Source: Minutocellus sp. GHC0000111
Lineage: Eukaryota
Direction of reading: 5' to 3'
Assembly: GCA_977018835.1 (NCBI GenBank)
Contig: OZ361259.1
Location: 2,790,001-2,854,000, forward strand
DNA length: 64,000 nt
Shown here in pieces: positions 10,815 through 24,226 of this stretch. A program made the translations under genes and the position numbers. The notes under the pieces are model-generated. The model had not been told where the DNA came from, did not search any database, and saw only the letters and a program-made list of their open reading frames with translations. Positions within the stretch are counted from its first letter, which is position 1, and each line of letters starts with the position of its first letter.

Positions 10815-11636
10815 GGTTGGTTTGCAATGCTACGAGGAATGTATGTGCGATACCGCTTGACAAGTGCTGATTTTGTCTGACTCCGCTATTCGTTCAAGAA
10901 CCAAGATGAAACCAAGATGGTTCTTTGATTGGTTAGTGAAAATAAACGCGCTGCGCCCAGGCTCCAGCTACGTAGCTCTACTACGTAGTAGGCTTTCGTC
11001 CCTCCCCTCTCGACGTACCCGGCCTAATGCCGATGCCGCGCCGGTGGGGAGGAGGCCGGCCCTATCGCGGGGCCTTGCTATCACGTCGTCACTAAGGACA
11101 CGGCGGCTATAGTCGCTCTTATGCAATTTTTCCACTTTGGTGATGCTGCATTTGGCCGTGAGGCAACGAGATGCTGCTCAAGTACTTCGGGGCAAGGGAA
11201 GGGAGGATGGGTCGGGTTGGACGAGAGACCGACCGAGCAGATGCCATCATTTTTCGCAAGGCAGGGTGGGCCGGCTCGCAGTTTGCTAGATGTTTCCCTT
11301 TTTATTTTTCACCGACCCCGATATATTTATATTGTCTCTACCAATTGGTAAATGACAGGGCGCTCAAAAAGGGCATAAGTAGCTATGCCTACATGTAAAA
11401 GGCCTAATCTTCATCCGGAAAGCCCGAGCATAGTAGTTTCCCTCCCTCACGAGCCTCACACTCACACCTTGCTTGATTGATTGTGTGGGATAGCTGCAAC
11501 CGGCATGTTTCAATAATATGCATTCAGTTCTGAACACCGCCGCACCCCAATAGAGATAACGCCAAGCAAAAATAGGCCCGCTGCTCTCTCATAAACAACT
11601 CTTTGTTCTTATCTTCAGTTCATTCGAACCAGGCAG

Positions 11637-14600
11637 ATGCAAACACTGTCCACATCTTCCCCGAGCAACCCAACGCCATCTCCGGCACCGGCACCGGATG
11701 GCGTCGCATCGTCGGCGTCGTCTCCATCATGCCCCAGTGCGAAAGGGACGAAAGATCCGCATCCGACCTCGACAAGTGCAGTGGATCGTTCGCCGCCATC
11801 CACCACCGGTTCCATCCCCTTTGCCCTCCCCAACGATGCCGAGTGGCTGGCCCCGCCCGTCTGCCTTCTCCGGGAGCAGCTCGAGGTCTTCGCCGCGACT
11901 CCTCAGGACATTGCCGAGAAGAAGAGCGGCAGCAAGCCCCTTCTGGGCGCCGTCGGCATTCGATGTCGCCATTGCGCGACTGACCCCAACAAGAGCAAGG
12001 GAGCTGTCATGTTTCCCAAGTCAACCTCCCATGTTCATCAGGCAGTTCGGAATTTCCAGAGGTGAGGCACATCAATTATAACGATCGTACTTGTTTGTTC
12101 GTTGTTGTTGGTGGGTCATTTCTCTGATCGTCGTTACGTATTCCATTTATCTGTTCGTGCTAATCATTGCCATGCTTATGTCTTATGCCCCAATCGCGGG
12201 ATCTGGTGGGAATACAGGTACCACTTCTTCTCCTGCCCCAAAATACCCGAGGAGATCAAGTCAAAGATGAAGTCGTTCAAGCCCAAGCAGGCTCAGAGTA
12301 AGAGAAATGCAAATCAATACTGGATCGACAGCTGCCGCGATGCGTTTGGGATGGTCGATGTAGCAGGCGCCGGTGCCGCGGAGAAAATGGCGAGTCGTAT
12401 GCATATTCGATTCCGTGACGGGTGGGTTTATGATCCGACATTGACACCGATGGAACCAACGGCCATGGGAGATGACTGCACAGTGGGAGTGCAGGAGAGC
12501 ACTGTGCAGAAATCAACTTCTCGCTTGGGTGATGTTCCTTCAGGCGACGTAGCAACAGCAGATCGTCGCCGGCCGAGGGCCTTCTCGGATGAATCATCAG
12601 ATTTCTCATTCTCGGCACTAGATGGGATCGAGGGCGTCGAGTTTGATCAACGCATTGACGACTTGCTCGACAGCAGTGCAAACCAACTATCGAGCGACTG
12701 TGCAACCGCAGCGGCAGCATCGTCAATAGCCGCAGTGGCAGAACCCAGTGTTGCCGATAGTGCCGGTGTCGTGGGAGCTAAGGCCGCAATTGCTCTTGAC
12801 CACAGACGTTCGTCTATCAGAGCATCACTTCTCGTGCCTGTAAGTAATCTGAATTGTTCGTCGGGAGATTTTGGGATCAATTCTTCTTCGGACTATCTCC
12901 TCAAAATGCTGCATGAATCGGCAGAAGGGGGAGAACTCCAGGCAAGCTACTCTAACTTTGCGATGCAAAGGAGCCGAAGATCTCAAATGAGCGAAACTAC
13001 AGACCTCACACCTTACACCTCGGCAACGTCCGATGGCTACATGAACAACAGTGCATCCAGTTCATGTAGTATTGAAAACGCAGCCTCGTTGGCCTCTATG
13101 ATCCGAAACCAGCATATATTGGCTTGCCAAACAGCGCTCAGTCTGGTACAAACGTCAAAGAGATCGAATCCCTGCCCGAGCCTAGTAGATTTTGGTCGAA
13201 TGATATACAGTGCCTTTGTAGGCAGTGAGCCGCCGCCTGACAGTGCACCGCCACCAGACTCAAATGGGTGCACCGAGGGCCGACAGTCTGCAACTATGGT
13301 CGAAGAAACTCGCGAGTCATTTGCGCGTGCTGCCTTGGAAAATGAAGAAATGTTTGAGTGTAGCAGCTTGGCGGGGAGTGCGCAGCAAAAACGGCAAAGA
13401 AACGTCGCCCACACGGCATCGAAGCGGCCGGTTCCTGCTCCATGCATGGGTATCCTCGAGAGTAAGATGCGAGAAGCTGATCTACCTGTGCAGCTCTCTA
13501 TACTTATATCGAGCCTCATCAATTCCAACAATGCAAAATGTGCCGATCGATACCAATCGATTGATGAGCTGGAGCGAGATCTTCTTGCAATGGTTGTAAA
13601 TCCTGACAGGCATCTTTTTGACCTACCTCCACAGCATCAAACCGGGTGCCTATTCGAAAACAACAATAACAAATTTTACGGTCGGGAGCTGCAGCAGAAG
13701 CAACTAGCAGGGCCGTTTCAACGTGTCCTCCAGAGCGGAGGTCCGAGAGAGGCCGTGTATGTCTCCGGCGCCTCGGGCACCGGAAAATCCTCACTAGTCT
13801 ATTCGCAGATCGCAACGTCCATGCATTCTCTCAATGGCCGAGTTATATCAGGAAAGTTTGATGCCCTTCGACAGCGAAAGCCCTGTGAGGTGATTTGTCA
13901 GGCATTGGACGACTTCTGCAGTAGTCTATCCACAGCATCTGATGGCGCCTCCTTTGGTATCCGCGCGTCTATTGTAAACGCAATCGATGCCGAAGGACTA
14001 AGCGCGCTGTCTGGCTTAATGCCGAGCCTACAAGTCATTTTGCCCCCCGAAATTGTCCAGCAGAGACGGCTCGGGAGAAGAAGTTCTGGATTAGATGGTG
14101 TAAATCAGTTGTTCTATTACCTGAACCTATTCATCACAGCAATATCAACTACCACGACGCCAATCCTATTCTTCTTCGACGATCTTCAGTGGTATGTGGT
14201 ATGACTTGACTTGCGTGATGATAACTTTTTCTTTGCTACTTCTTTCTTACTTCAGGTAACTCTCTCTCTCTTTCCTGCTGTCGCTTTTAAATTACATGCG
14301 TGATTTTTTCGCACCAGGTGCGACGAGGCTGCATTCGACATTTTCACCAGAATCATCTCAGAGCGGTCCCTCGCATCGTTTCTCTTCGTTGGGTGTTATC
14401 GAGATGAAGAGATCAGCGAAAAGCATCCTCTAAAGAAGCATCGCCATTATCTGCTAGAAGCTGGCATCTTCGCGAGTGACATATCTTTGGGAGCCTTTGA
14501 CAAGATGGAGACCAATGAAATGATATCAGACCTCTTGCATTTGCCGAAAAGAATCACCCGTTCGCTGGCAGACTGCGTGTCCGCCAAGACGAGTGGAAAC

Positions 14601-15002
14601 ATTTTGTTCATGAAGCAGTTCCTCGTCTCTCTAAGTGACGAGGGGCTGCTGAAGTATTCAGCAAGTGCTCGCCGGTGGTATTGGGATGCAGTTGCCATCC
14701 AGAGCAAGGAAGTGACAGAGTCTGTCGCTGACCTTCTCACCTCGAAGATGATTGGACTTGATGTGAGAGCCCAAGATCTTCTCAAGCTGATTGCCTGTAT
14801 TGGATTTGAATGCAAGGTATCAACTCTGAGCAAGCTCGATCTTTTCGCCGAGAAAGACGTGATGGAGAGAGAAATGCTCCTCAAGATTTTGACGCTTGAG
14901 GGGATGCTGAGCCAAGTTGGTATTGGCGCGTACAAGTTTCCCCACGATAGAGTGGAAAGAAGAGACGTTGGGAATGTGTTTTGTCGTTGGTTTGATTGGT
15001 GA
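11637..15002 (+). CDS. STAND-class ATPase protein A: N-terminal CxxC/H/C domain, kinase C-lobe remnant and ATPase; C-terminally truncated
   Basis: Exons 11637-12061, 12218-14191 and 14318-15002 joined in frame by GT-AG introns. N-terminal domain LREQLEVFAA...VGIRCRHC...GAVMFP...HFFSCP...YW; DRYQSIDELERDL; FYGRE, Walker A SGASGTGKS, SGKFD, Walker B FFDDLQW, GCYRD, KTSGN. Similarity to paralog B stops after YKFPHDRVE. Confidence 0.8.
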
Positions 15003-15531
15003 ATATCTTGGTAAAATGCTTCATCGGATTCGGACTCGGAATCCGATGATAGACCACGTCGGCGTTGGGCTTTCTCCCGACATTTGTCGTTGCAGGAAAA
15101 GCGATGTCCGCTCTCTCTACTCAATCCAACAAAGCATGGAATGTTCATCATCGCGGGCGGAACGAACGTCAGCAGACATACCGCACAGAACCTATCTTAT
15201 TCGTTTACAAAGCCCTTATCTTTCTCACCACTCCGCCCAACCGGCATTTTGCTTTCTTGGTACCAAGTGGCCAACTCATCATCGTTCAACATCACTGCCA
15301 CTTGCTTGGCGCACCCACCAACTTGGATTCGGCCGATGATGGGCAACTTTCTCATTCGAATTTGAGAAATTAATCGAGCGAGTCGAGTCGAGTATCTGAT
15401 GCTGGGAACACAACAGGCTCTTTCCTGATTAAATTTCTGACGCACACCATAGGAGGGCAAAAGACATTCGAATCCTAACAGTTCAGTACAAAGGCGAGCA
15501 GCACATCGTGAATATCAAATTAAATTGAACT

Positions 15532-18500
15532 ATGGAGGTCACGACGACTCCCTCGCCGCCGATGGCGCAAGTTATGCGTCCTCCGTCGGCCGGCTCGGCT
15601 TCCGCGTCGTCGTCTGCTGCCGGTCATGTTGGGAATTCTGATGCAACTGCAAATTCGGGACAAGTACTTCCAGGCAGCATGAGTGCGAATAATAATACTG
15701 GTGCTTCTCCTGGCGTCGTCGTCGGCATGGCATATCCACAAAGTTATCAGCACATGTCCATGCCGTCGTCAATATCTGCATCGGGGTCATCAGACCAGGC
15801 CGCCATGATGCAGGCACAACTTCGACAGGCTCGGATGCAAATGATGGGGAGCCATACCAATACTGGCACTGGCACTGGAGATGTCACCGATATGCACGAG
15901 CAGTTACTTGCATCCCTCAAGGCCCAGAGGCAACTTCAGAAGCAGCTGCAGGAGCAGATGAGTGCATCGCCCTCTGCAAGTTCAGGAGCCTCGGTGTACT
16001 CGTACCACCAACAGGGTGGAGGATCATCGGCACCAATGTCTGCTGCTGCGGCCTCGACCTCGTCTATGACACCGGCGTCCTCTGCATGTGCTTCTATCAG
16101 TAATGCCTGGGCACCCGATGCTCAGTCCGACAAAGTCATTGCCAGATCCGACGTCCGACCGTCCGACGTCCTCTTCGGCCGCGGCGCCGGCGTATCCGAG
16201 CACGTCGGGAACGTCCAGTTCCGACACCTCATCGCCCAGCGCAAGGTCCGGTATCGCGACGCGGCCAATCACAAGATCAAGAACGACGTGGCACGGGAGG
16301 TCATGGACGTGGTGCAGGGACGAGACGTCCGTCCGATCGGGGCCGATGGCAACTTGCTCCAGGCCGACCTGGTCGAGCGGGGTTGGGATCCGCCCGGCCG
16401 ATTCTTGAGGAGTGCCGACGAGGTCAAGGCTGGGGCGGCAAAGACCAAGAAGGACAAGGGCAAGGATAAAAAGGACAAGGACAAAACAACCAAAAATAGC
16501 GGCGACGATGCGTGTGGCAGCAATCTGTGGGTGGAAGTTACCGATAAGCGCGCTCACGAGAAATGCAAGCAGGCCCTGAGACAGCACAAGTGGGATGCCG
16601 TCAGTGAGAGGGCGACGCGGGGGGCTACCGTCGGGGGCAGTGGCAAGGGGAAAGCCAAAAAGGTTGTGGTCAAGAACGAAAAGCCCAGAGCCCGATCGCG
16701 GAAGGAGATGGAAAATTCAGCTACATCCGCCGAAGTCGATGATAGGATAGAGGCACCAAGTGAAGGGAGTATCTTGCCAGAATCGACCGTCAGGGCACTC
16801 GAGGCGATGGATTTCTCGGCAGACCAACCCTTCGATGCAGCATCATTGTCCGATGGTGATCTCAATTTTGATGATAGTGGCACTGGATTTCAGCTGAGTG
16901 ATATGCCCGATCCAGCTCCGATCGTTGCCCAATCCGCTGGGACCGAGCTGAGCGGTATGCAGAGCCATGTTGGCGCAACTAGAAGTGCTCTTGATTCCAT
17001 GGCAGACTTTGAACCGACGCCATTGCTACCAACGATCGGATCTGTTGCCCCGGCGAGCGCCTCGGAGCCTCTCACAGCAATGGACTTGGCCAAACGGAGT
17101 CTTCCGCAGAATAGTGGAGGCGCTTCTGTATCTAATGAGACGAACCCCCTGGATCCAGCATATCTCCGTTTTCTCATGCCTGTTATTGGCGAGGGCGAGA
17201 CCGTCCTTGATTCCAACTTGAACGCTCCTCAAGACACACCGGCGAACCTTTCTCTACCCGAGAAGGTTGTTCTCGCCAAGAGAATTTCACAGCGGCTTCG
17301 CGAAGAGCATGAACATGGATCATGTGCAGGTTATCAAGGTCTTTTGGACATAGCGAGACAATGTGGAATCGTAATAAACTCGAAGGTACCTCGACAGCTG
17401 CTCCCCGATTCCAACAGGACCGACTTGACTTACCTTGGCGTCATTTTCCACGAGCTTTTCAGTGGACAAGAGTTCTCAGCACAATCATCGTCATCTTTTC
17501 TTGAAGCAACAAGTCCGACCGAAGAAGAGGACGACACTTCGCACATGTCTCAGCGCAGTTCCAAGAGGGAGAAGCTTAAGCGCGATAGTAGCATCTCTGT
17601 CACTTCTGCTGAAGAGTCCATCGAACAACCGACTTGGATTACTGCCACCCCTCTGCACGAGTATGGCCTCCCCGTTTCCTTGTCTGTGTTGGTTTCCTCT
17701 TTGCTTTGTGCGGCAGACACTTCTGCATCTGAGCGGTATGCATCAATTGACGAGTGCGAGATCGATTTGAGAATGATGGAGTCGTCTCCTCATCGGTACC
17801 TTTATGATGCGTCGCCAGGATCTCCAATCGGCACTCTGCAAATACCTTCAGCACTTTACGGAAGAGATCGACACGAGGCCGTGCTAAAATCTGCGATATC
17901 GCGCATCTCGAATCCCTCCATTCAAAGCCGAGAAGTTTTTCTGATATCGGGCCTCTTGGGCGCCGGAAAGACATCGCTGGCGGAAAAGGTCGGCTCATCC
18001 GTTGCTGATCGTGGTGGATACTTTGATAGTGGAAAATTTGATCAAAACTCTAGTATTGCGGTGTTGTGTGGTGCCTTTGATCTCTACTGCCAAGAGCTTG
18101 TGAGACGAAACGATGGTCATTTATCTCGTGTCCGCATGTCTCTGGTACAGGCCTTGGGGCCAGATTGCATCGCGCTTGCGCAGCTCATCCCGAGTGTCGC
18201 ACTAATTACGGCACAGAGCTCAGTTGGCAACACAACTGGAAGTATATTTGCGAATGGGGGCGACCTTCTTGCGCAGCTCATTTTTTACCTCCGCACATTC
18301 GTTCGGATCATTTGCAGCCCCGACCACCCTCTTGTTGTATACCTCGATGACATGCATTGTACTGACCAAGCATCGCTCGAGCTTGTTGAAATGCTAGTGA
18401 CGGACACATCCATTAAATCGCTTTTGCTACTTGGCTGCTATCGCTCAGATAAGGTCATGGATGATCATCCCTTGAAAACCCAAATGGCAAGCATTCAAGA

Positions 18501-21028
18501 AGCTGGCGTAAATGTGACAAATCTTCGTCTTCAAAACATGGACCGCTCCAGTGTCAACGAGTTGCTGAGTGATACACTCCGTCTGCCGCCCCGTATAACG
18601 CGATCTCTGGCAAATGCCATACACAGCAAAACATCGGGGAACCCATTATTTGTGACACAATTCATTAGATCCCTTGTAGATGAGAAGCTACTAACGTGGA
18701 GTGCTGAGAGCCGTCGTTGGGTATGGGACACGCCCACGATCCAAGCGAAGAATATCGATGATACAGTTGTTGGATTGATGACGGCAAAATGTTGCGCCTC
18801 AGCGACGGTGTGCAGAAAGGTCTGTTTCATGCATTTATCTCTGTTGACTTCTCGCCTATCATTAAAGCAATATATTCTTATCTCTTGAGCGTTTGTGCAA
18901 TGCTGATCTCTCTTTCTATCGTTTCTACTTATCCTCCCCAAAGGCTTACCTAGGTACGGATATCAGCTCGATTCATCTGTCCTGCAGATTTTGGAGAGAG
19001 AGGTGGATGGTTTCGATGGCCTTTCCTTTCGAGAAATAATGGGCATAGCCGAGAAGGAGGGGCTCCTGAGCACCGTGCGATCTTCGTCTTTTCAATTCAG
19101 TCATGGCGCAATCCATTCGGCAGCGTATAATCTCAAAACAGATGGCCGTGATGCCCTTCACCTCGAAATTGGCCGGATGTTCCTTCAAAAGGCAAGCCCA
19201 TCTGAACTCGAGACCGAAAGTGTCTTACTTGCTACAGTCGATCAGCTGAATCGCAGTTCTGCGCAGACTATGACCCAGCAAGAAAAGATTCGCACCGCAG
19301 AGCTGAACCTTGCCGCAGGAGAAAAGGCGATATTTTCGTCGTGCCATCACGCCGCGTTGCTATATTTCAAGTTGGGCCTGACATATCTCGATGCAGACGC
19401 CTGGAGCGGTGAAAATTATCAGTTTTGTCTACGCCTACATAATCTGTCGATGGAAACAGCGCTTGCAATTGGAAGCTTTGAAGATATGGAAACGATTATC
19501 GAAACAATACTACAGAAGGCCCACACGTATTGCGACAAGTTGAGGGCCTACTATGCACGCATGTGTAGTCTTGGTGCCCAAGGCGAGTCACCGATGGCAA
19601 TTGAAGTTGGTCTAGGAGTCCTTCGTAACCTCGAAGAAGAATTTCCTGCGGATATAACCGAAGACGCGGTAAAAGTGGATCTGAAGAAAACGAAAGTGCT
19701 TTTAAGGGGAGTTGACGCGGAGGCAATATCGGAACTCGAAGAAATGAAAGATCATCAGAAGATCCAGGCGATGCGCTTCCTCAATAGAATGGCAATGATT
19801 GCATACGGTGAGAAATGAAATGTTTGTTCTGAAATTGCTACGACAACTCACTTGTGCGATTGTCTCTCACATCCTCTCATCGTTATTGCTTTCCTCTGTT
19901 CTCCCAGTGATGGCAAGCAAGCGGCTGCTACCACTGATTGCATTTCGAATCGTCCGGCTTTCGCTTACATATGGTGTTTGCAAAGAGTCGCCGTTCGGAA
20001 TCGCTGTGTACAGCTTGATTCTTGCTGGTTTCCTTGGCGATGCTCCTGGAGCATCAAGATTTGGCAAGTTAGCTCTCAAGCTTGCCGACAAATTCCAAGC
20101 TCGTGATCAGTTGGCGCGGATATCGTTTGTGCTATATGGTTTTGTTTTCATATGGACAGAGCCAATCCAAGCATGCATTAGCAAAAATTTTGATGCCATC
20201 GAGATTGGCTTGAAGGCTGGCGACAGCGAATATGCAATGAAATGCGCCGTTCAGTCTCTGAAGAACAGTGCCCAAACAGGCGAAAAGCTACCGACTCTTT
20301 CGGCGAAATTTCAGCAGTATACAACGGAAATGCTGCAAAACAAGCAGTTCATGGCGTACAAACAGTGTCTGCCAATGTGGCAAGGGATTCTCAACCTTAT
20401 GGAACAGTCGGAAAACGCTCTCGTCCTAACAGGCGCTGCTTGCAACGAAGAATCGCTAATATTCGATCTTCTCGACTCTGGAAACCTCAACGCGTGCCGA
20501 AGTGTATATAGCGTCAAGCTATGGCTCTGCGTCATTTTCCGAGATCTTGGCCAAGCGCAAACCATCCTGAACGATCATCTTGGCTCATTAGCTAAGGGTA
20601 CAGTAGCAGGTCTTGGCCTCAGCTTTGCCTCATTTAACATGTCTGTTGTGTACTTTTCTCTTGCAAGGAAGGGTGGAAAAGAAAGTGACGATTGGAAGAA
20701 CAATGCCCTTGCTGGCCTGGTGATGTTCAAGACCTTTGCCTCAAACTCACCCTGGAACTTTCAGCATCACTACGAGCTACTCTCTGCGGAGAATAATGTT
20801 TTGAATGGAGACTACACGTCAGCTGCGAAGACGTACGAAGAATCCATTCTAACGGCTGAGCGCCATGGATTTATCCACGATGCCGCCCTCTTCTCGGAAA
20901 GAGCTGGCTTGTTCTATTACACAATGGAAAACAAAACTCGATCGACTGCGGCGTTCCGGAAAGCTCGTGAACTGTATAGGAAATGGGGTGCAACGAGGAA
21001 AGCCGACGATCTTGATTCTCTTTGTTAA
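15532..21028 (+). CDS. STAND-class ATPase protein B: DUF6824 domain, kinase C-lobe remnant, ATPase and TPR-like helical C-terminus
   Basis: DUF6824-like DVLFGRG...HVGNVQFR...PGRFL...WVEV...EKCKQALRQ; TDLTYLGVIFHELFSG...ERYASIDECEIDL; LYGRD, SGLLGAGKTS, YLDDMH. One base missing at about 18787 (GCAAAATG); introns about 18820-18943 and 19808-19907; ends ...YRKWGATRKADDL as in COG3899-type proteins. Confidence 0.85.
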
Positions 21029-21280
21029 ATGCTTGCATGCGATTAGAAGGTAACGACTATCGTACTAGCTACGTAAAATTTCTACGTAGAAAGATGATAA
21101 TAAGTGAATGATTATTTTGAAACATTTCCCTCCTATGCTTCACCCAGACGCATTCGTTATTCTTATGAACAACATACGCATGCTACTGGAACCGTGTGCT
21201 TATGCACCAATTTCCGCAGAATGTACAAGAAGCAGAGGAGGGTGTAGAAAGGGAACATATATACCGAAGTCCGTTCGAAT

Positions 21281-23159
21281 TTAGACTTCTTTGAACGCAT
21301 GTTTTGGTGTAAGGTTGGCTCGAGGAGGGGATGGCTGAGCCGGGCTGAGAGGGAGGATATCGCTCGCACTGGCCATCTTGTTATGGTTGGCACCGGTTGC
21401 AGGAGAACCGAGGATGAATGCACCGACCGACTCATCCTCGTCGTCATCAATCTTCTGAGGACTTGAAACGACGAAAGTTTGGTTGGAAGCATCTCGACTT
21501 TCGCTCAAGATGCTAGAATCAGAACTCGACTCGGCGCCCTTTCTATTTTGCTTTGCCTCCGAAAGAGTGGTCATGGCATCGGTTTGGGCTGGAGGAGTGC
21601 GAATCGCAAAGGTGGGAGATTGATAGGACGATTCCGACACGTCGTTGGTAACGCCGGTCTCGAGCATTGGGGTTGTCGATGGGGTACTTGCCCTCATCAA
21701 ACGCATCTTTGCGCGCTGAATACTAAGGATGGCGCTCTGAAGCTTCTGCCTTGACCTGTCCGAATCCTGTTGGCAGAATGTAGATTGCAAAAATAATTAG
21801 TGAAATGCCGGCTTCTTTGATGAATAAATTCAAAATATGCGACGATGAGCATGTATGGGGAAAACTTACCCACATGGTCTTCCTGTGCGACCGCTTCAGA
21901 CCCATCTTCTTGTCCCACTTTTCCAACGTCTTTTGAGTGCTCTCGCTAGATTTCATCAGTTTCTGAAAGTTGACGAGCGGCTCCAGTGGTAAGTTCATAT
22001 CCAAATCAGATACCATGACATCATCGTCACTTGCGCTATCATCATCCGCTTCATTGATTCCGATATCACCATCGTTGGTCGTATGAAGAACTGACAGAGG
22101 TGGCATGTCATCGTCGGACAAGAGTGTGAATGTAGATTTAGACTTTCGTTTCTTCTTGGTGACTGCTTTCTTCTTGGATCTCTTCTTGGGAGCCCTGAGA
22201 CGAGCGTCAGAATCGTCCCTCACGTTGGCGGTGGCAGTAGTTGTGGAAGATCCACCGGTAGACCAAGACCTGTACAGCACGGTAGGATTCTGCTGATGCC
22301 AATCCTCGTCGTTATCAAAAATGATGGACGGACCTCGTCGATGGACGGCCTTGCCATGGTAGTTATCGCTGTCCCGCTCGTTGTAATGATGAATGGGCCC
22401 ATGTGAAGGGAGCGGTGGGCGATGGTAGGCCGGTGCTGCTACCGGTGCCGGGACCGGAGTTGTAAATGCACCGCCATGGCGATTCTCTTGAAAGTATCGA
22501 CGCTTGATGGTGTGCTTGGAAGTAGGGATGCCTTTATCATTTGCAAGTGGGTGAAATATGGGAGGTGCTGGTGGAGGATGGGGAATGGGAGGTTGTTGAT
22601 GATGTGCATGACCAGCACCACCGTACTGATGCTGCCATAGGTGGTAGGGTGGGTAGTACCCATGGTGACCGTGGTAATGGTGGTGGTATCTGTCGTAGGC
22701 ATGATGCTTGGGAGCTGCCTTGCTATCCTCGATCATGGCATCGTCGTGGCCACGCAATGGAGTGACGAACGATGGAACCTTGCGATGACCCTTGTTGTTA
22801 TAATAGTCAGCATGCATCTGGTCTTCAGTGTGGGCGTGAGATACGACGGGTGGCTGCATTCTGGCCGGCGAGGTAGGATGAAACTTCTTCGGTTCTTGAT
22901 GATAAGCTGGGTAAACTTGCATTTGTATCTGCTGGCCAGCATATGGTTGCCGGTATCCACGGACATCACTGTCACGCTGAGATACATATGCCTTTGCCGT
23001 CAAGTCGTCAATACCGGCAACATCCTCACTTGTTCGAAACGGCAGTGGCTCGAACGTATCGCCACGTTTGTGGCCTTTGGCCGCATTGCTACCGCCGATG
23101 TCGGTAGCAGCCTCCGAGAAAGCAGCCCGACCGTTGTCATCGTTATCGATGTCGTCCAT
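21281..23159 (-). CDS. Two-exon His/Pro-rich, largely disordered hypothetical protein with a short helical motif
   Basis: Exons 23159-21870 and 21766-21281; intron 21869-21767 (GTAAG...CAG) gives LEKWDKKMGLKRSHRKTMW|DSDRSRQKL; basic NLS-like stretch. Start could be the upstream ATG at 23249. Confidence 0.7.
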
Positions 23160-24226
23160 CTTTCTCGAGCTGCCATTATAATTTTGTAAGCAGCGGGTGT
23201 GGTTGGTGATCTGCAATGTCGGACTGGAGCGTGCTGGCACTATCGTCATTGCCAATGAATGCCGGAAACAACGGTGTCGGATCAATTCTCATGTCGATCG
23301 AGTCATGCTGCTGCGGAATCGCCGGCGGTGACGACGGTCGAGGGGGGCACATTGTCGACGTTTCTTGTCGATCGACCGGATGAAACGACGGATGGACCGG
23401 CGGCTGATAATCCATGAACAATTATTGAAAAGATAGACTTGTCAGGATAATTTTGAATCGTTGGTGGAAGGGAAGGTATCGGTATCTGAAAGCCAGCTGG
23501 ATCGGTAGTTCACATTTGACGGATCCGATTTGAATTTTGCACTTGGTGGAAAAAAAAGATACGAAAACTGAGCACGATATATGCTGTTTTTTGATAATTT
23601 GCTCGAATTGAATATTCAATTGGAGAAATGACAACCGAGCACCTCGGCCAAGGGTAGATACTAGTATGCCAAGTGGCGGTTGGATACCGTCCCAACTGCA
23701 CGTGTTGTGGCAGCAGCGAGGAGCGAGAAACCGTTGCTTTGCGCTGGGCTGCTGATTGCCGCCGCTATTTTTTCGTCAGGTGGAGTTGGCGCAGAAAGGC
23801 TGGACCGGCGCAGCCATCAGTCATTGATATTATTATTATCTTATAACTCGAGTAATTTGTAATTGGGTGATTTTAAAAATCGTTTTTTCAATGATATAGA
23901 AGGTGGAATCTTGGCGATGCCGGCGCGATGACCGGTCGTGTGGAGGTAACGGACATTGGCGCTTGCTGGCTGACGCCGCTGCTGCTTCGGTGGGCGAGAG
24001 CGGCGAAGGAGAGAAGAATTCGGCGGCCACGCGGCCACGTGCATCACTCATGCTAACCTGTTGGGGAAACGGCAGTCACCCGATGGATATGGCAATGGCC
24101 GGGTAATTCGATCATGCCAATTCTGTGCCATACGTGTATCTTTTGACCTGACTGCCGAGAACGTAACAAACCAATACGACCACGTTTCTGATGATACAAA
24201 TTGATGATTGAAACTGATATTCCTCC

